Shown here piece after piece: positions 45,544 to 64,000 of a stretch of DNA of 64,000 nucleotides. Positions within the stretch are counted from its first letter, which is position 1; the number at the start of each line of letters is the position of its first letter. The translations under genes and the position numbers were made by a program. This stretch comes from the human T2T-CHM13v2.0 reference genome, Homo sapiens: assembly GCF_009914755.1 (NCBI RefSeq), contig NC_060942.1; one strand, 5' to 3'. The notes beneath the pieces are model-generated. The model had not been told where the DNA came from. It made no database searches and saw nothing but the letters and a program-made list of their open reading frames with translations.

Positions 45544-47949
45544 TAGTGGAAATGGGGTAGAAGGCCCGCACAGCTTGGCATTGCTGGGGTGTGATGTGAT
45601 AGGAACAGTGAAGCTGAAGACAAAAAAAAAAAAGATGTAAGTAGGCTTGACTCAGTGCAGCTAAGAACCCAGATGTTATCTTGAGGGTATTAACTAATAA
45701 GCAGTTTAAATCAGAATGGCACATTCTGATTTGTTTTTTGTATGTTCACATTTGGCAGGCATAGATACTGTTTGAAGAGAGGAAAGTCAGTAGATAGAGG
45801 TAACAAAGTTAAATATGTGCCAAGTCTAGAAACAAGAGACTAGGGGTATAAGGACCTTTCAAAATAAAATGCAAGGTTTGAAAACTGATTGGCTGGGGGA
45901 TGAGGAAAAGGCAGGTCTTTAAGGTCAATCCGTGTTTTGCTTTAAGTTGTTAGCGGGTGGTTTTATCACATATTGTAGAATATGTCATTTCAGTTTTGAA
46001 CATCTTGAGTTAAATTGTGCTAACATGTTATGAATTTGATTTTCTTCCCTGGGAAGCTAATATTTCAAAAACTTATAGATTTCCAACTTGTATCCAATTT
46101 ATAAAATTATCTCTAGGCTGCTGGTTTCAGGAGGAGGCTCATGAATATTCTATTTGCAGAGAATATATCAGGAGTTAACATCAGCGTCAATATTTGTGAA
46201 TGACCAGTTAATTAAGCCACCTCTTAATGTATTTAGATGGGAAATCTTAGCTGAAGATATTCAATAATGAACCAACAGTGACTAAAAAATTCAATATTTA
46301 AGTATATTTCATTGTAATTAATTTGAATTAAAGTAGCCATATACAGCTAGTATTTACTACATTGAACAATGCAAATAAGAGGAAAAAATTAACCATCTCT
46401 AATACCACATGCCAAAATCCTCATCAATTTATTCTAGCTAAAGGAGTTTATCAGAAGCAGCAATTGAAAGCACCAACTAAACCAGCTGGGGTTAATTCAC
46501 TGTCATTCTCTCAGAACCATCTCTTCTCTGAACAAAACAAGTAGAAGAGTTAATTGTGAATCTGCATTTTCCTTGCTATTTTAAGATTTTGATGTTGACA
46601 CTAATTTGTGAAATCCCTCCTGTGGTGTGATATTTTGTTTTCCTTGCTTTTTGTTAGGACAAGAATGCTTCAGCTCTTAATTTAAAATTATGTTTCTCCC
46701 TCCTAGATTGAGTGAACTTAGAATGCATTCTCTGACATATCCAAGTTTTTGTTAATATGAATTTGGGGAAAAAAGCATACTTAATTAGCTAAGACTTCTT
46801 ATTCTAGGCTTGACCCTGTGTTCGACATCTTTTGAATTTGTAGTTGCATAGGCTGCTCTCTGACACTGGTTAGTGACCTGGAAGCTATATTAACGTTAGG
46901 AGAGGTGGTGTATGAGCATTAGAGATATCCTTGCAAGGAAAGACTTGTCGTATGTCAACACGTCTTTTTTTTTTTGCACACAAGAAAGTCAAAGTTTGAG
47001 TCTTCTAAAATCTTCCCATTTCCAAGTTGCAGAGTACCATTGATTCCTAAACAAAGATCTAATTTTTGACTCAGAGACGTGGCAAGGTAGTGAATCACCA
47101 TTATAATTTAACAATCTTCAAGATAAAATTATCTCTCTGATATTTAGATTTTGCCCAATTATTAAGATATTTGGGTGTTTCATTAAGAATGGAAGACTCT
47201 AGTCTCTTGAGCAGAGACTATAAAGGCCTCAGATGATCATTTATAATTTTATGCTCTTTTCTTTAACATCTTCAACACAGTTGGAAGCAGCCAATATTCC
47301 CCAGAGTTGTTGTGTTTTTTAAACAAAATGCATGGTTCAGTGGTAGAAAACTGGGCTGATCCAAGATATTTTCACTAAACACTTCATTTCAGGTGACCTA
47401 TTTCATATTAAATAATCTCTAGATCCTGTCTTCAAAACTAACTAGATCAGATAACCTACCCTAGATTTTCCCCTTTTAGAGTCTGTTAGCTGCGGTCACT
47501 TTTGTGAAAATGATTGCAATGAAAAGATAGAGTTGTAGATGGGGAAAATGTTTTGACTAATTTAAGCATAGTGGTATTTAATATGAGAATTTAAGTTACA
47601 CATTTGAAAATTATAATGGAGTCTCTTGGCTGAGCTTTAAAAAAAAAATAGCGTTTAGGCTAAAAAGGGAACTGCTACCTCTCCTAAAATCAGAAAGATG
47701 TTACAGTAATTCTCCATTCTCTAGAATTATCAGGAAGCACCTTTGTGATGATTTACTTTTGCTCTTGGGAGTGTGAGCCTGTGTAGTCATGGAACCATCA
47801 ATTAGAATGATGGCTTTCTGATCCCAAAGTCATTCGTTCTGAAAACAATATTTTTCATAAATTTGAAAGTGAGAAGTTTTGATCTTGCCATTCCCAAGTA
47901 ACTCTCTTAATAAGAGGCATCAGCATGCTTCAGTGACAGCTGTCACCTC

Positions 47950-48725
47950 CCAGTGCTGAGAGTCATCTTTGAGTTCTCCATTTCACTCCCTACACTCCAA
48001 TTTAGCTGCAGTTCTCTTGGCCAATCCTATGAAATACATCCATGGCCTAATGACTTCTCACCACTAATACCACTCATACTAACAGCATTCTCACCTAAGT
48101 CACTACCTTTTTTCTCTGGATTACAATAGCCTCCCAATTTACTTGCTCACATAACCTATTTATTCTACACAGTGCACCAGATACACCCCTTTGAAATGCA
48201 AACATGATCATATTATTCTCTGGTGAAATTATCTCATATATTCCTATCGCATTTAAAATTCATTCAGAATAATCCCATGATTATCAAAACCCTGCTCTTC
48301 CACAACATGGTTTACTTCCAAGATATCTCTTCAACTTTTTTTTCACTGTACTGAATTGGTGACTCATAGTCATATTTTTGTTTTTGCTCAAAAAGTCTTG
48401 ACTTGTAAATTTTTCAGTTTCTCCTTTATCCACAGGTAACTCTTTCCTCATAAGGCAAATTGCTTGCTTCCTTGAGTTCTGCTCTCAAAGATACCCTTCA
48501 TTTTCTACCTAATATTAATAACTTTAATCATTCATTATTCTATTACTATGCTGTATAGTGTATACAATTTCTGTTCTTTGTCATGTTATTAACTAAATTA
48601 TTTATCTGTTCCAGTAACGTATTCCATAAATATTGTACACATAAAAATTATGTTATTTTTATTGCTGTATGCTCAGCTGCCCAATAGCAGTTTGAGGATT
48701 AACATATTTGTTAAATGCACAAATG
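47950..48725 (+). mobile_element. L2 fragment
   Basis: gagtcatctttgagttctcc...ctctggattacaatagcctcc...tattctacacagtgcaccaga...atatttgttaaatg L2 3' motifs. Confidence 0.65.
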
Positions 48726-49049
48726 CATTCTTTCACAAATATTAGTTTAATAATTTTATATTAAACTCCCTATATACTTACAATATGAATTAGATAATTC
48801 AGAATAAATATTCCATTGGAAAAAACTAAACAATTTGTTATAAAACATCCTTAAAAGCATCAGAAAGTTAATAAAGCAATGAAGAATTACAGGACCAAGT
48901 TAAGAATGGTATGGAAGCCTGTTTGTGAGGCTTATGTTTGGGTTATCTCTTTACTTAGAGTGACTATAAATCTCAAAAGAGAACTAAAGGGAGAAATAAC
49001 CATATCTACTCACATGGTAAGGGTATTTAAACATCTCTTAGTAATTGAG

Positions 49050-49195
49050 AAAATTGAAAGAAAAGAAAAAAGAGAAAGGGAGAAAGAGAAACAGAGCGAA
49101 AGGGATAATGAAGGAGAGAAAGAAGAAGAGAAAGGAAGAGGAAGAAAAGTAAAGAGGAGGGGGAGGGAGGAAGAAAGAAAGGTGAAAAGAAAGAA
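49050..49195 (+). repeat. GA-rich simple repeat
   Basis: Polypurine run. Confidence 0.85.
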
Positions 49196-49229
49196 TGGTA
49201 AAGTTTTTAACAACATAATTTATCCTTAT

Positions 49230-50750
49230 AGAATATGAATGTTGGTCTACTTGATGATGTCCCACAGATTCCTTAGTCGCTGTTCATTTTTTATCTGTTT
49301 CTCAGAGTCAATATTTTCCATTATCTTATCTTCAAGCTCATGACTTCTGTGTGTGCAAATATACTCTTAAATCCCTCCAGTGATTTTTTAATTTTTATCA
49401 TTGTAGTTTTCCACTCCAGAATTTCTGTTATCTCTTTGTTGATATTCCTACTTTTTAATATTTTTTCTGATTCCTTTATTTCTTTGTTTATGTTTTCCTT
49501 TTGACATTTGAGTATAATTAAGAGAGTTGTTTTAAAGTCTTTGCCTAGTAAGTTTGATGTCTGGGTTTCCTTAGAGATATTTTCTGTCAATTTATTTTGT
49601 TCCTTTCAATGAGCCATACTTTCCCGTTCTTTGTATGCCTTGTAACATTTTTTGAAAACTGGACATTATAGTAATTATAATTACTATGTGGTTACTCTGT
49701 AAATCAGACCCTCTCCCCTTCAAACACACTAATGTTTTGTGGCTTTAAATTTGCTTTACTTATTATATTGTTAAGGTTTTTATTTTTAGTGAATTTTTCC
49801 AAAGTGATTTACAAAACTGTTTGCTTTATAAGGTGTGGTCTGAAGTCTTTTTATTTCCTTAACAGATGTTAAGCTAATGTTTTGACAGTGATTTTCTTGT
49901 ATATCAGGAACTAAGCAAACAGAAAAATACAACAAAAAGAAAAAGAAAAACAAGTAATCATTATCCAGCAAAATATGTCTCTAGGCCATGCAGACTGGCT
50001 TTGTGCTGGGTTCCTTAAAGCCGGCACAAAGTGTGTGTTCACTCTTGCACTGAGTGAAGTTCAAGTTCACTCTTGCACAGACCTTGCACTGAGGGGAGGG
50101 ATCAGCCAAGGTAAAAGTGCAGGGTCTTCTTATGACATTTGTCAGCATGTGGCTTAACCTATGCATACATGTGACATTCTAGACTCTCCCATGTACGTGA
50201 ATGACTTTGAATGTCTTAGTTTTCCAAATACTCTTCTCCAACTTTTCTTCCTGTGCTGAAGGTGATCTATTATATGTGTAAACTCTAATTTTTGCCCTAA
50301 GCATCTGTGGTTTGTTAGGTCTCCTTGCAGAGTTTCTTGATAATATCCATTCCTTATCTGTTCTGTATTCTAGCAACACAGAAAAAGAAAAGCCTTTCAT
50401 TAGTCCTTTAGGTATGCCCCAGACCAGTCAGAACAGACACATAATAATTTGCGGGTAAGATCTTCTCTTTTTCCTTTGGACCATGGACCAGGGTTCCTCA
50501 CTGGGAACGTGGGCTTCTGACACTTCAAAACTGCCAATTTGCTGGGGCAAAGGCAAGTTAAAAATGTCATAAAGTTTTCAAGTTGTCTTTTTCTTGAATC
50601 TGCTTTCACTTGGTTGTTGTAATCTTTTGACCATTTTCCAGAGTTTTAGCAAAGTTTATTCGGACAGTTTCTCTTTGTTGTGTGATGTTTCTGTGGGGAA
50701 ATGAAAGATTGCAGCTGTCTCCACTGCCATTTTGCTGATGCTCCTCTTTT
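49230..50750 (-). mobile_element. Old L1M 5'/ORF1 region, antisense
   Basis: ORF 49321-49590 (LLGKDFKTT...EILEWKTTMIKIKKSLEGFKS) is a decayed ORF1p coiled-coil region. Confidence 0.7.
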
Positions 50751-50791
50751 GTCAATTTTTGCTTCATGTTATTATGCTTTGTTATTAGTTC

Positions 50792-51218
50792 ATGTATTAG
50801 TTTTCTAGGGCTGCCATAACAAAGTAACACAAACTGGGTGCCTTGAACAACATACATTTATAGTCTTATAGTCCTGGAAGCTCAAAGTCTGAGATTGAGG
50901 TGTCAGCAGGGATGGTCCCTTCAAGGGCTATGAGAGAAAGTCTGTTCTGTGCCTTGTTTCTAGCTTCTGGTGGGTTTAGTGGCAGTCTTTGGCATTCCTT
51001 GGCTACTCTCTTCCCTCATAATCACATGGTACTCTCCCTGTGTGTATGTCTCCCTCTACTCAAATTTCTTCTTTTTATAAGGACATCAGTCATATTGAAT
51101 TCAGGCTCATCTGATTTTATCTTAACTTGATCACCTGCAAAGAACCTTTTTCCTAATGAGATCATATTCAGTGGTTAAGATTTCAGCATCTATATAGAGG
51201 AAACAATTTAGCTCATAT
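50792..51218 (-). mobile_element. MLT1B/C-like MaLR LTR
   Basis: tgtattagttttctagggctgccataacaaagtaacacaaactgggtg...tataaggacatcagtcatattg. Confidence 0.85.
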
Positions 51219-51219
51219 C

Positions 51220-52680
<1,461 letters not shown>

Positions 52681-52689
52681 TACAAAACA

Positions 52690-53135
52690 TAGGTGCTCAA
52701 AAAATAAACATGTGCATGAATATTTACAGCAGTAATATTCATACAGTCAAAAAGTGGAAACAATCCATATGCTTGTTGACTCATAAATGAACACCCAATA
52801 TTCAGCTATAACAAAGAATGAAGTACTTATACATAGTATAATATGGGTGAAATTTGAAAGCATTATGTTAAATGCACAAAAGGACAAATATTACTTGATT
52901 TTATTCGCATGAAACATCAGGAATTGGCAAATCAATTGGGATATAATTCAGATTAGTGGTCATTAGGGATCAGGGAAGCAGAATAGGGTGTAACGACTTT
53001 ATGCATAATGGGTTTTTAGAAGGGACATGATGAAATTGTCCTGGAACATCGTGAATATACTAAAAACAACTGCATTCTTTGCTTTAAAATGGTTGTTATT
53101 AATTTTATATTATGTGATTTTTACCTTAAAAAACA
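52690..53135 (+). mobile_element. L1ME/L1MB-type 3' end fragment
   Basis: gaatatttacagcagtaatattcatacagtcaaaaagtggaaacaatcc...gctttaaaatggtt...tatattatgtgatttttacctt. Confidence 0.7.
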
Positions 53136-55174
53136 AAAAAGAGAAAATAGCCTTACTCTATACATAATAAACTCAAGATGTGTTACAAATTTATATGTGA
53201 AATCCAAAATACTATATTTAAGGAATAGCTAAGTAGAATAACACTAAAATTTAACATAATGAAATATTTTCTTAAAAAAGAAAAAAGCACGGTAATTAAA
53301 AAGGGAAATATACTTAATATTTTTTCTCTCCATTAAGCATACCATTAACTGATTAAAAAATCAAGCTGCAATTATGTAAACTACATTTTCTAAAACCATA
53401 AAGAAAATAAGACATGAAAAGGAATTTGGGGAAAAAAATCCAAAGGTACAGTCAACTACACAAAAAAAGCTTAGTCTCATTAATCACTATGAAAATGCAA
53501 ATTGTAATTAAAATAAGGTAAAACTACAATTCAAAGAGAAAGCCTAAAATTTCAACCCCCAAAAAATTCTGGGTTTTGGAGAGCTGGGATGGAATAGGGC
53601 TCCTAACCTTACAACAATGAAAGAACCAAACTAACTTCAAAGTCATGACTTTATTTTTATAGCAACCAGGTTGCCAAGAACTGAATCAAAATGTGAGGGA
53701 AAGCAAGCACCTGCAAGGAGAAAGAGGACAGATGCACTTACATAGGACAGATGCAAATAGACACCACTATGACAAGTAAAACTGGAATGATCAATAAATT
53801 CCTAAAGACAAAGTGGGGCTGGTGGGATTGGGAGATGGCTGACAGCTGCAGAAGTTGGGAAAGATCCATCATCTTGAAAACTTTTTCCCCACAAATCCAC
53901 TGTGATCTCTCAAGCAATTGGTAAGGAATCCAAGAGAGTCTGTATATGATACAGATCAGGGAGAGCAGAACACTTGGGAGGTGACCAGGTCTTGGGGGCC
54001 GAGCCCTTATGAATGGGATTAGTGCCTTTATAAAAGAAGCTCAATGGAGTTCTTGTGTGCCTTCCACTATGTGAGGACATAGAAAGAAGGCACCATCTAT
54101 GAACCATGAAATGGGCTCTCATCAACACTGAATTTGTGAGCAACTTGACCTGAGATCTTACAGCCTCAAGAAGTGTGAAAAAAGAAATATGTGTTGTTTT
54201 TTAGTCACCCGGTTTATGTTATTTTGTTATAAGAGTCCAAATAGACCAAGATATTCCACTTAATATGTAGGGGAAGGCAACCAAAACTGCCACACTTAGA
54301 ATACTCCTGATGCTGGAAGTATGAAAACAGGAAAAACAAAACAAAACTGCTCTTGAAGGTGAAGGAGGAATATCACTGAGCTCACCAACACAGCCAGGAA
54401 AAGAACAGAAGTGTGAGAAGGCTACATTCCTGAGACCCTGAGAAAAAGTACCTGCATAAGATTGAGATGAAATTACCTACGCTAGTTATAACTGAAATCC
54501 CAAAAAGAAAAGAGGAAAAAATAATGGAGCAAAAGAAATATTTTTCGAAATAACTGCCAAAAATATTCTAAAAGAAGTGACAGAAAATCAAACTTCAGAT
54601 ATAGGAAACTCAGAGAATGTCAAATAGAACAAAAATAAATAAGAATTAAATCTTGAAAAATCTTTAAAAAATCAACTCTAAATTTTATATCTTGCTCCAA
54701 ATATATAGAGATATAAATAGGTTATCATCAAGATATGGAGAAAGCCATATCATGGAAACACTAAAATAAAGCTGTGGAAGGACTACATTGATATTAGACA
54801 CAACAGAGTTCAGAACAAGAAATAGTATCAGAAATGAGAGATAATAGATAATATAATAATCAATTCTCAAGAAGATGTAAACATCCTACTAATTAGGGTA
54901 TGCAGCTAACAATAGATCCTCCAAATACATGAGGTAAAACAGGAAAGAAATCGAAGGTGAACTAGAAAAATCCAAAATTATATTTGCAGACTTCAACACT
55001 TTTGTCTTAGTAATGGACAGACTAGGCACAAACTCAATAATCATATGGAAGATAAGAACAAAAATATCACCAACAAGACATCCAATCTTCAATGGCAGAT
55101 ACTCTTTCCTTTCAAGTGAAAAAAAAAACAGTATGGCAAATTCTCTAACAAACCCAGAATTTCTAATATTTGCC

Positions 55175-55601
55175 GTCTTCCTTCCTTCTTTCCATCTTCC
55201 TTTCTCTTCTCTTCCCTTCCCTTGCCTTCTTCCTTCCTTTCTTCTTTTCCTCTTTTCTTTTCTCTTTTCCTTTCTTTTCTTTCTTTTTTCTCCTTCCTTT
55301 CTTCTTTCCTTCCTTCTTTCTTTCCTCTTAGTCTTCCTTCCCTCCTCCCTCCCTTCCTTTCTCCCTCCCTTCTTTTCTTCCTTCTTTTCTCTTATTCTTT
55401 CTTTCTCACTTTCTTGCTTTCTTTCTTTTTTTCTCCCTTCCTCCCTCCTTTTCTTCCTTCCTCCCTCCCTTCCTTTCCTCCTTTTTCCTTTCTTCCTTAC
55501 TTCCTTCCTTTTCCTCTTTATTTTCTTTGTTTCTTTGCCTTCCTCCCTTTTACCATTCTTTCTTCCTCCTTTCCTTCCTCCCTTCCTCCTTTCTTTTTCT
55601 C

Positions 55602-55637
<36 letters not shown>

Positions 55638-55798
55638 GTGTTCTTGCTTTCTTTTTTCTCCCTTCCTGCCTTTCTCCCTTCCTCCCTCCCTCCCTTCCTT
55701 CTCTCATTTCCTCCTTCTTTTCTTTCTTCTTTCTTTCTTTCCTTCCTTCCTTCTTTCCTTGCTTCTTTTTTCTTTCTTTTCTTTTCTTTCTTTCTCTT
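55175..55798 (+). repeat. CT-rich polypyrimidine simple repeat (copy B)
   Basis: About 625 bp C/T run including a (CTTT)n core. Confidence 0.95.
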
Positions 55799-55885
55799 TA
55801 CAATTCATATTATTTTAAAAAATTAAGAGAGGGAGGCAGAAAAATAAAGAACACTTTAATCTGCAGGTAAATAGATTATGTCTGG

Positions 55886-56700
<815 letters not shown>

Positions 56701-57680
56701 GTAATTGTATCATGAAAATCAGAACCATAATTTACAACTGCTTTTAATACTGCACTTGGATGTTTGAAATCACGTACATGGAAATGATCACTGTGTATGA
56801 GGGAGGATAGCAAATTAATACCAAAATAACGCAAATGCAAATCTTACACTCATTTCTATGTAGGTTTCACTTAATCTTTGAAATTAAAAGGAAATTAAAG
56901 GATTATGATATTTTGATGAAATTAGACTAAAATGAACAATAACAAAATAAGAACTTACTTATATTCTTTATGTGGTCAATAAAGAAGTGATAGTGGAAAA
57001 AAACAAGGTCAAATAAAGGTGATGATTTACGAAGTTGGAAAGATAGCTTAAACTACAAAATGGTATATAACTAGTGAACACTTAGACACACTGATTGATG
57101 AACTTCAGCTTTCGGCTTGGTGAGAGCATAAAATGAGAGCAGCTGAGGTTTGCAAATTTGTAATCTCCTTGTGGAAAAACAGGGGAAAACACATCTCAGC
57201 CTAATAACATTTATCTACTAAAGAGTCAACACTTGATCCATTTGTCCTTATAATTCAAAAGCTAATTCAAATACTGATTTGATGTATTCTGTGAACAACC
57301 ATTGCTGATTATCATCGCATACCTGGCATTCTCTTTTATCTGATATCTAAAATATTTGCTAATTCCTGGACTTTCTCTTTTCATACCCAATGCGGTTTAA
57401 TTTCAATCTTAGAACAGTTGTCTTTGAGAAATTCTTCCCTCTACTGCATCTGTGAATGGGCATAGCATGGTTACATACATACTGTCACCCCAGAGAACAT
57501 TTGTTAAACTAAAGCCAAAGTTTAAAGCAACAGCTTTAACTCACTGGTTTTACGAATGTTTTCCTCCCCAATAGCCACAACAATATTGATACCCTCACAC
57601 TTTTTAACATAAAGCTTGGTGTTGTCTATTTTTCAGGTGCTGTTATCTATATGATCTCAGTATTTTAAAAATCAGCTTCC

Positions 57681-57992
<312 letters not shown>

Positions 57993-59560
57993 TCAGCTGT
58001 CATTGAGTTCTACATAAATAGGCACAGGTGATGTCCATATAGACATAAATAATAATATATCTGACAATGGGTCCATATGATCTTCAAAATGTAAAATGCT
58101 TATCTGTGTAATTGACTGGTTAGTCTCATTAATGAATATAGATTCAATTCTACTTTCTTGTTCTAGATAAATTACATAATCTAGCTTTTCGTTTCACTTA
58201 TTTACTGATAACAACAGGAGGAATGACAAGATATCTGTTTTGGAAAATTACTGTCGTAGGAGTAAAGGTGAAACAATGAAAGAATTACATGGAAAACTAG
58301 AAAAAAGTATGGTCTTCTGATATTCTATTACATCATATACTAAAGGCCTCATAAAACTCAGATATTTTATCTAAAAATATTATTTTCATCTTAGGATTGA
58401 TCAAAGCATGAGACTAGAATTGTATTACAATGACTCTCACAAGCACATGTGCCAAAAAGGAGGGGAAAACATCATTACTGATATTTTAAACGTATGTTTT
58501 ACTTTCCATCAACATGAACCTCAACTTGATATGATGCAGATTGAAGGAAATCACCCATAATTCCATATGAAGAAGGCCTGTGATGTTTTATGGGAAAATA
58601 AATAGAGAAAATGCTAACAGAAACCCTATTAAGCATTAAGCTTTATGGAGCAAAGACAAATCCAGTGGTGAAAGATACACACTGGAGTTCTGTTTGTTGT
58701 CTTGGAACAATATGGTTTAGAGGTGACTGGTGGGTGAGGAGAACATATGTGAGTTCACCAAACAGAAAAGCTGAATGAGGCAATGCCTCTTCCTGATCAT
58801 ATCTCTTACTCAGATAACTATATAATTTATTGCCCAGTAAAGGGTATATTTAAAAATCATATTAAAAGTCATGCAATGAAGTTGTCCAGGGAAATCAAGA
58901 CTTAACAGTCTCACTCTGACAATAATGAATAGGGGGGTTCCCTCAAGATAGACTAGGACATGACCCCACACTGGCAGGCAGTAGTACCAGAAAAGAAACC
59001 ATGGAAAATCTTTACCTTATGCTTGAGGTAGGGACCAGGCTAAAGTGAAAGCCAGACATAAAATTCTACCTAAAATATATCCACAATCAAAGAAAATATG
59101 TGGTGTACAGGCATAGAATGTCCTTACTGGATCATTGAAATAGTAAGATAAATTCAAATTTTTACATTGTTTTATTTTCCTCCAGTTAGGGCTTGAGGTT
59201 TGTCTCTGGAGAGTGACTGTCAATTGGAGCCCTGCCTTTCTCGGGTTCTGAGCAGGGGATTGTGGATGCTTAACATGTGCCTTTCACAAGGCACTTCCTT
59301 ACCCCAGCAGTGGCCAGGTGTGCATCCCACGACCAGGCCTCCCTCTCACAGAACATCTGTTGAGACTAGGAGATGCCTGGTGGCTGTTGCCTGACCTGTG
59401 TCCTGTGTATTTCTGACAAGAGCCACTCTTAGAGACCCTGGCCAGGAGGAGAGTTAGGTTCCAGTGTAGGTCAGATCAGACACATGGAGGCCACAGGACC
59501 AAACATGGGAAATCACAGAATTAGTTTTATTACTCACAGATCCAGAGAGAAGAGAGTAGC

Positions 59561-59907
59561 TGAGAAGAGGGTTTAGCTGTGTCCCCAGCAAAATCTCATC
59601 TTGAATTCCCACATGTTGTGGGAGGGAACAGGTGGGAGGAAATTGAATCATGGGGGCAGGTCTTTCCCATGCTGTTCTTTTGATAGTGAATAAGTCTCAC
59701 AAGATCTGATGGTTTTATAAAGGGGAGTTTCCCTGCACAAGCTCTCTTGTCTTGTCTGCTGCCACGTGAAACGTGCCTTTCACCTTCCACCATGATTGTG
59801 AGGCCTACCCAGCCATGTAGAACTGTGCGTCTATTAAACCTCTTTGTTCTGGAAATTACCCAGTCTTGGGCTTGTCTTTACCGGCAGTGTGAAAATGGAC
59901 TAATACA
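59561..59907 (+). mobile_element. THE1B-like solo LTR
   Basis: tg...gtttagctgtgtccccagcaaaatctcatcttgaattccc...gtgtgaaaatggactaataca; 5-bp TSD gtagc at 59556-59560 and 59908-59912. Confidence 0.92.
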
Positions 59908-60215
59908 GTAGCACTCCTCATAGGGCTGAACAAAATGTGGAAGATGAGTGGGGAGCAAGAAAGAGAAAAGGGGTCTGTGAGACTCCAGCCTTTATTGGGC
60001 CCAGAACATTACCCAAATAAGTTTTCCATGGGGCTCTGGTCAGTGGGGTGAGTGCCAGCAGGCACATTTCTTGGCTGCAGCTGCAACTGAGCAGGTCACT
60101 CTGGCGTGTGGGGGCTGTCCATGTGGGCTGTGAGGTCTGTGGGGTGAGTCAGGTAGGTTGTATCCAATGGTTCCACAGCGGCTAGTCACCAGGAGGAGGC
60201 AGCTGTGTAGAGTCA

Positions 60216-62731
<2,516 letters not shown>

Positions 62732-63267
62732 TAGGTGTGCTGTGTGTCACTGATAAAGCAGTGAAACCTAAAAGAAGCTGTAATTTTAGTTCAAATACGA
62801 TTGTATTTCAAAGATGTGGATGAATTCCTTCTGCTTTTTGTTCTCCATAGTTCCACTCCTCAGTGGCCAAACTGCCTTTTTCCTAAAATTAATTTTGCTA
62901 GCAGACAAATATATGTATACTTAATATAAGTAATTAATATGCTTTAGAAGAGTGGTGAAATGCCCGTTAAAGTAGCAAAAATAAATAACAACAGCTAAAT
63001 GTTTACAACATTATTGGGAATCCAATATATTCATTCTTTTGGCAGCACTGAAAATTGACTCAATTCTAGCAAACAATCTGGCAATGTATAACAAAGCTGT
63101 GATTCAAAATGACAAGTATGAAGATTGTATTTTATGCACATTTCAATGTATCAAGATAAAAGAAAAAATTGAACTCAAAATACCATCTATCACTGACTGC
63201 AAATGAGAATGTGCATATGTGTATTAGCATATAAATAAAGTGGCAAGAAATTGAAAAAAAAAAAAAA
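62732..63267 (+). other. L1 3'-transduced segment with its own poly(A) signal and poly(A) tail
   Basis: Sequence unrelated to the young L1 lies between the L1 A-tail and a second A15 run (63254-63268), with AATAAA at 63234-63239. The TSD agaactggaaattgtc (60253-60268 and 63268-63283) encloses it. Confidence 0.92.
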
Positions 63268-64000
63268 AGAACTGGAAATTGTCAAGGGAATCTGAACCCA
63301 GCTACCATATGAGAGAGTTCAACTTACGTTCAATGTGAATACCATGGCAATATTAAAAGGTAAGAATTCACTCCATACGTGCTTGAGGTAAATAGGAGAA
63401 ACCTAGAATTTATGTAAACAGTGAGAAGATTGGATGCGTTTTCCGTCATATATTTTAATACTAGCAGCATATTATATATGTCAATCCATCAGGCATTCAA
63501 AAGTACATGCTTATGAAAATTTTTTGCACCATCAAACAAAAGACAAAGGTAGAAGACATTTGTAACCCTATAAACACTAGTAAATTAAAAACAGAAGGAC
63601 CTTTATGTCCTAATATATCTATGTTGTGAAAGGCTGCCCTGTGAAATATGGGATATCTTAAATATATTTTAAAAATCATAGGTGTCAATATTTTTTAGAA
63701 ATCCATTTAAATTTTCTCTTGCTTTTTTACAATTCCTATTTATTTATTTAGTGGTTCTGCTGATTTTGATGTATATCCTAAACTTTACATTTTCTTTAAA
63801 GTATGTTTTATACAACTTTATGTAAAATGTTTCAGTATCTTCACATTCTCTCCCTGTCCTTTTGTTTTGCTCTTATATGGTGGCCTTGAGTCTTTTCTCT
63901 GGCTTTTCAAACCTAGTAAGACTAAGAAACCAAAGTAACTTTGCCCGTGGTTTGGTAATGCCTTCTAAAGCACATCCTAAGCTCTCATGCATACAGGGGT

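Larger units (their letters stand above)
44500..45570. promoter_or_regulatory. CpG-island-like GC-rich region (KSR1 exon 1/5'UTR plus the GC repeat)
   Basis: Sharp rise in GC and CpG content relative to the AT-rich surroundings. Activity is unknown. Confidence 0.55.

Noticed and set aside
44992-45724. Ala/Pro/Arg-rich ORFs on both strands (also 12299-12708)
   Set aside because: The GC repeat has almost no T on + and almost no A on -, so frames stay open by composition alone.
54889-55870. 272-285 aa ORFs (also 11568-12148 and 48879-49265)
   Set aside because: Translations of CT/GA simple repeats plus decayed L1 flank.

Overview
This is primate (hominid-type) genomic DNA: AT-rich, dominated by repeats, and built like a pericentromeric segmental-duplication mosaic. 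It contains no intact protein-coding gene, RNA gene or CRISPR-type system. The one recognisable gene remnant is an unprocessed copy of KSR1 exon 1 on the - strand (44769-44999) with probable intron-1 sequence. That remnant sits between a ~1.7 kb (CATTT/CAT)n array and a GC-rich GCAAAAAGCCGCGGCGGCGGGG tandem repeat. A 2.1 kb block at 10187-12327 is duplicated at 53707-56005, and the first copy is fused tail-to-head to the GC repeat from ~45.1-45.7 kb. All three young L1PA insertions show 5' inversions of the twin-priming type. The youngest (60269-63267) also carries a ~520 bp 3' transduction, with its own AATAAA and a second poly(A), inside a perfect 16-bp target-site duplication (TSD). The rest is Alu, older L1/L2, MaLR/ERV LTRs and DNA-transposon fossils. 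Repeat subfamily names come from recall of consensus sequences, not from a search.
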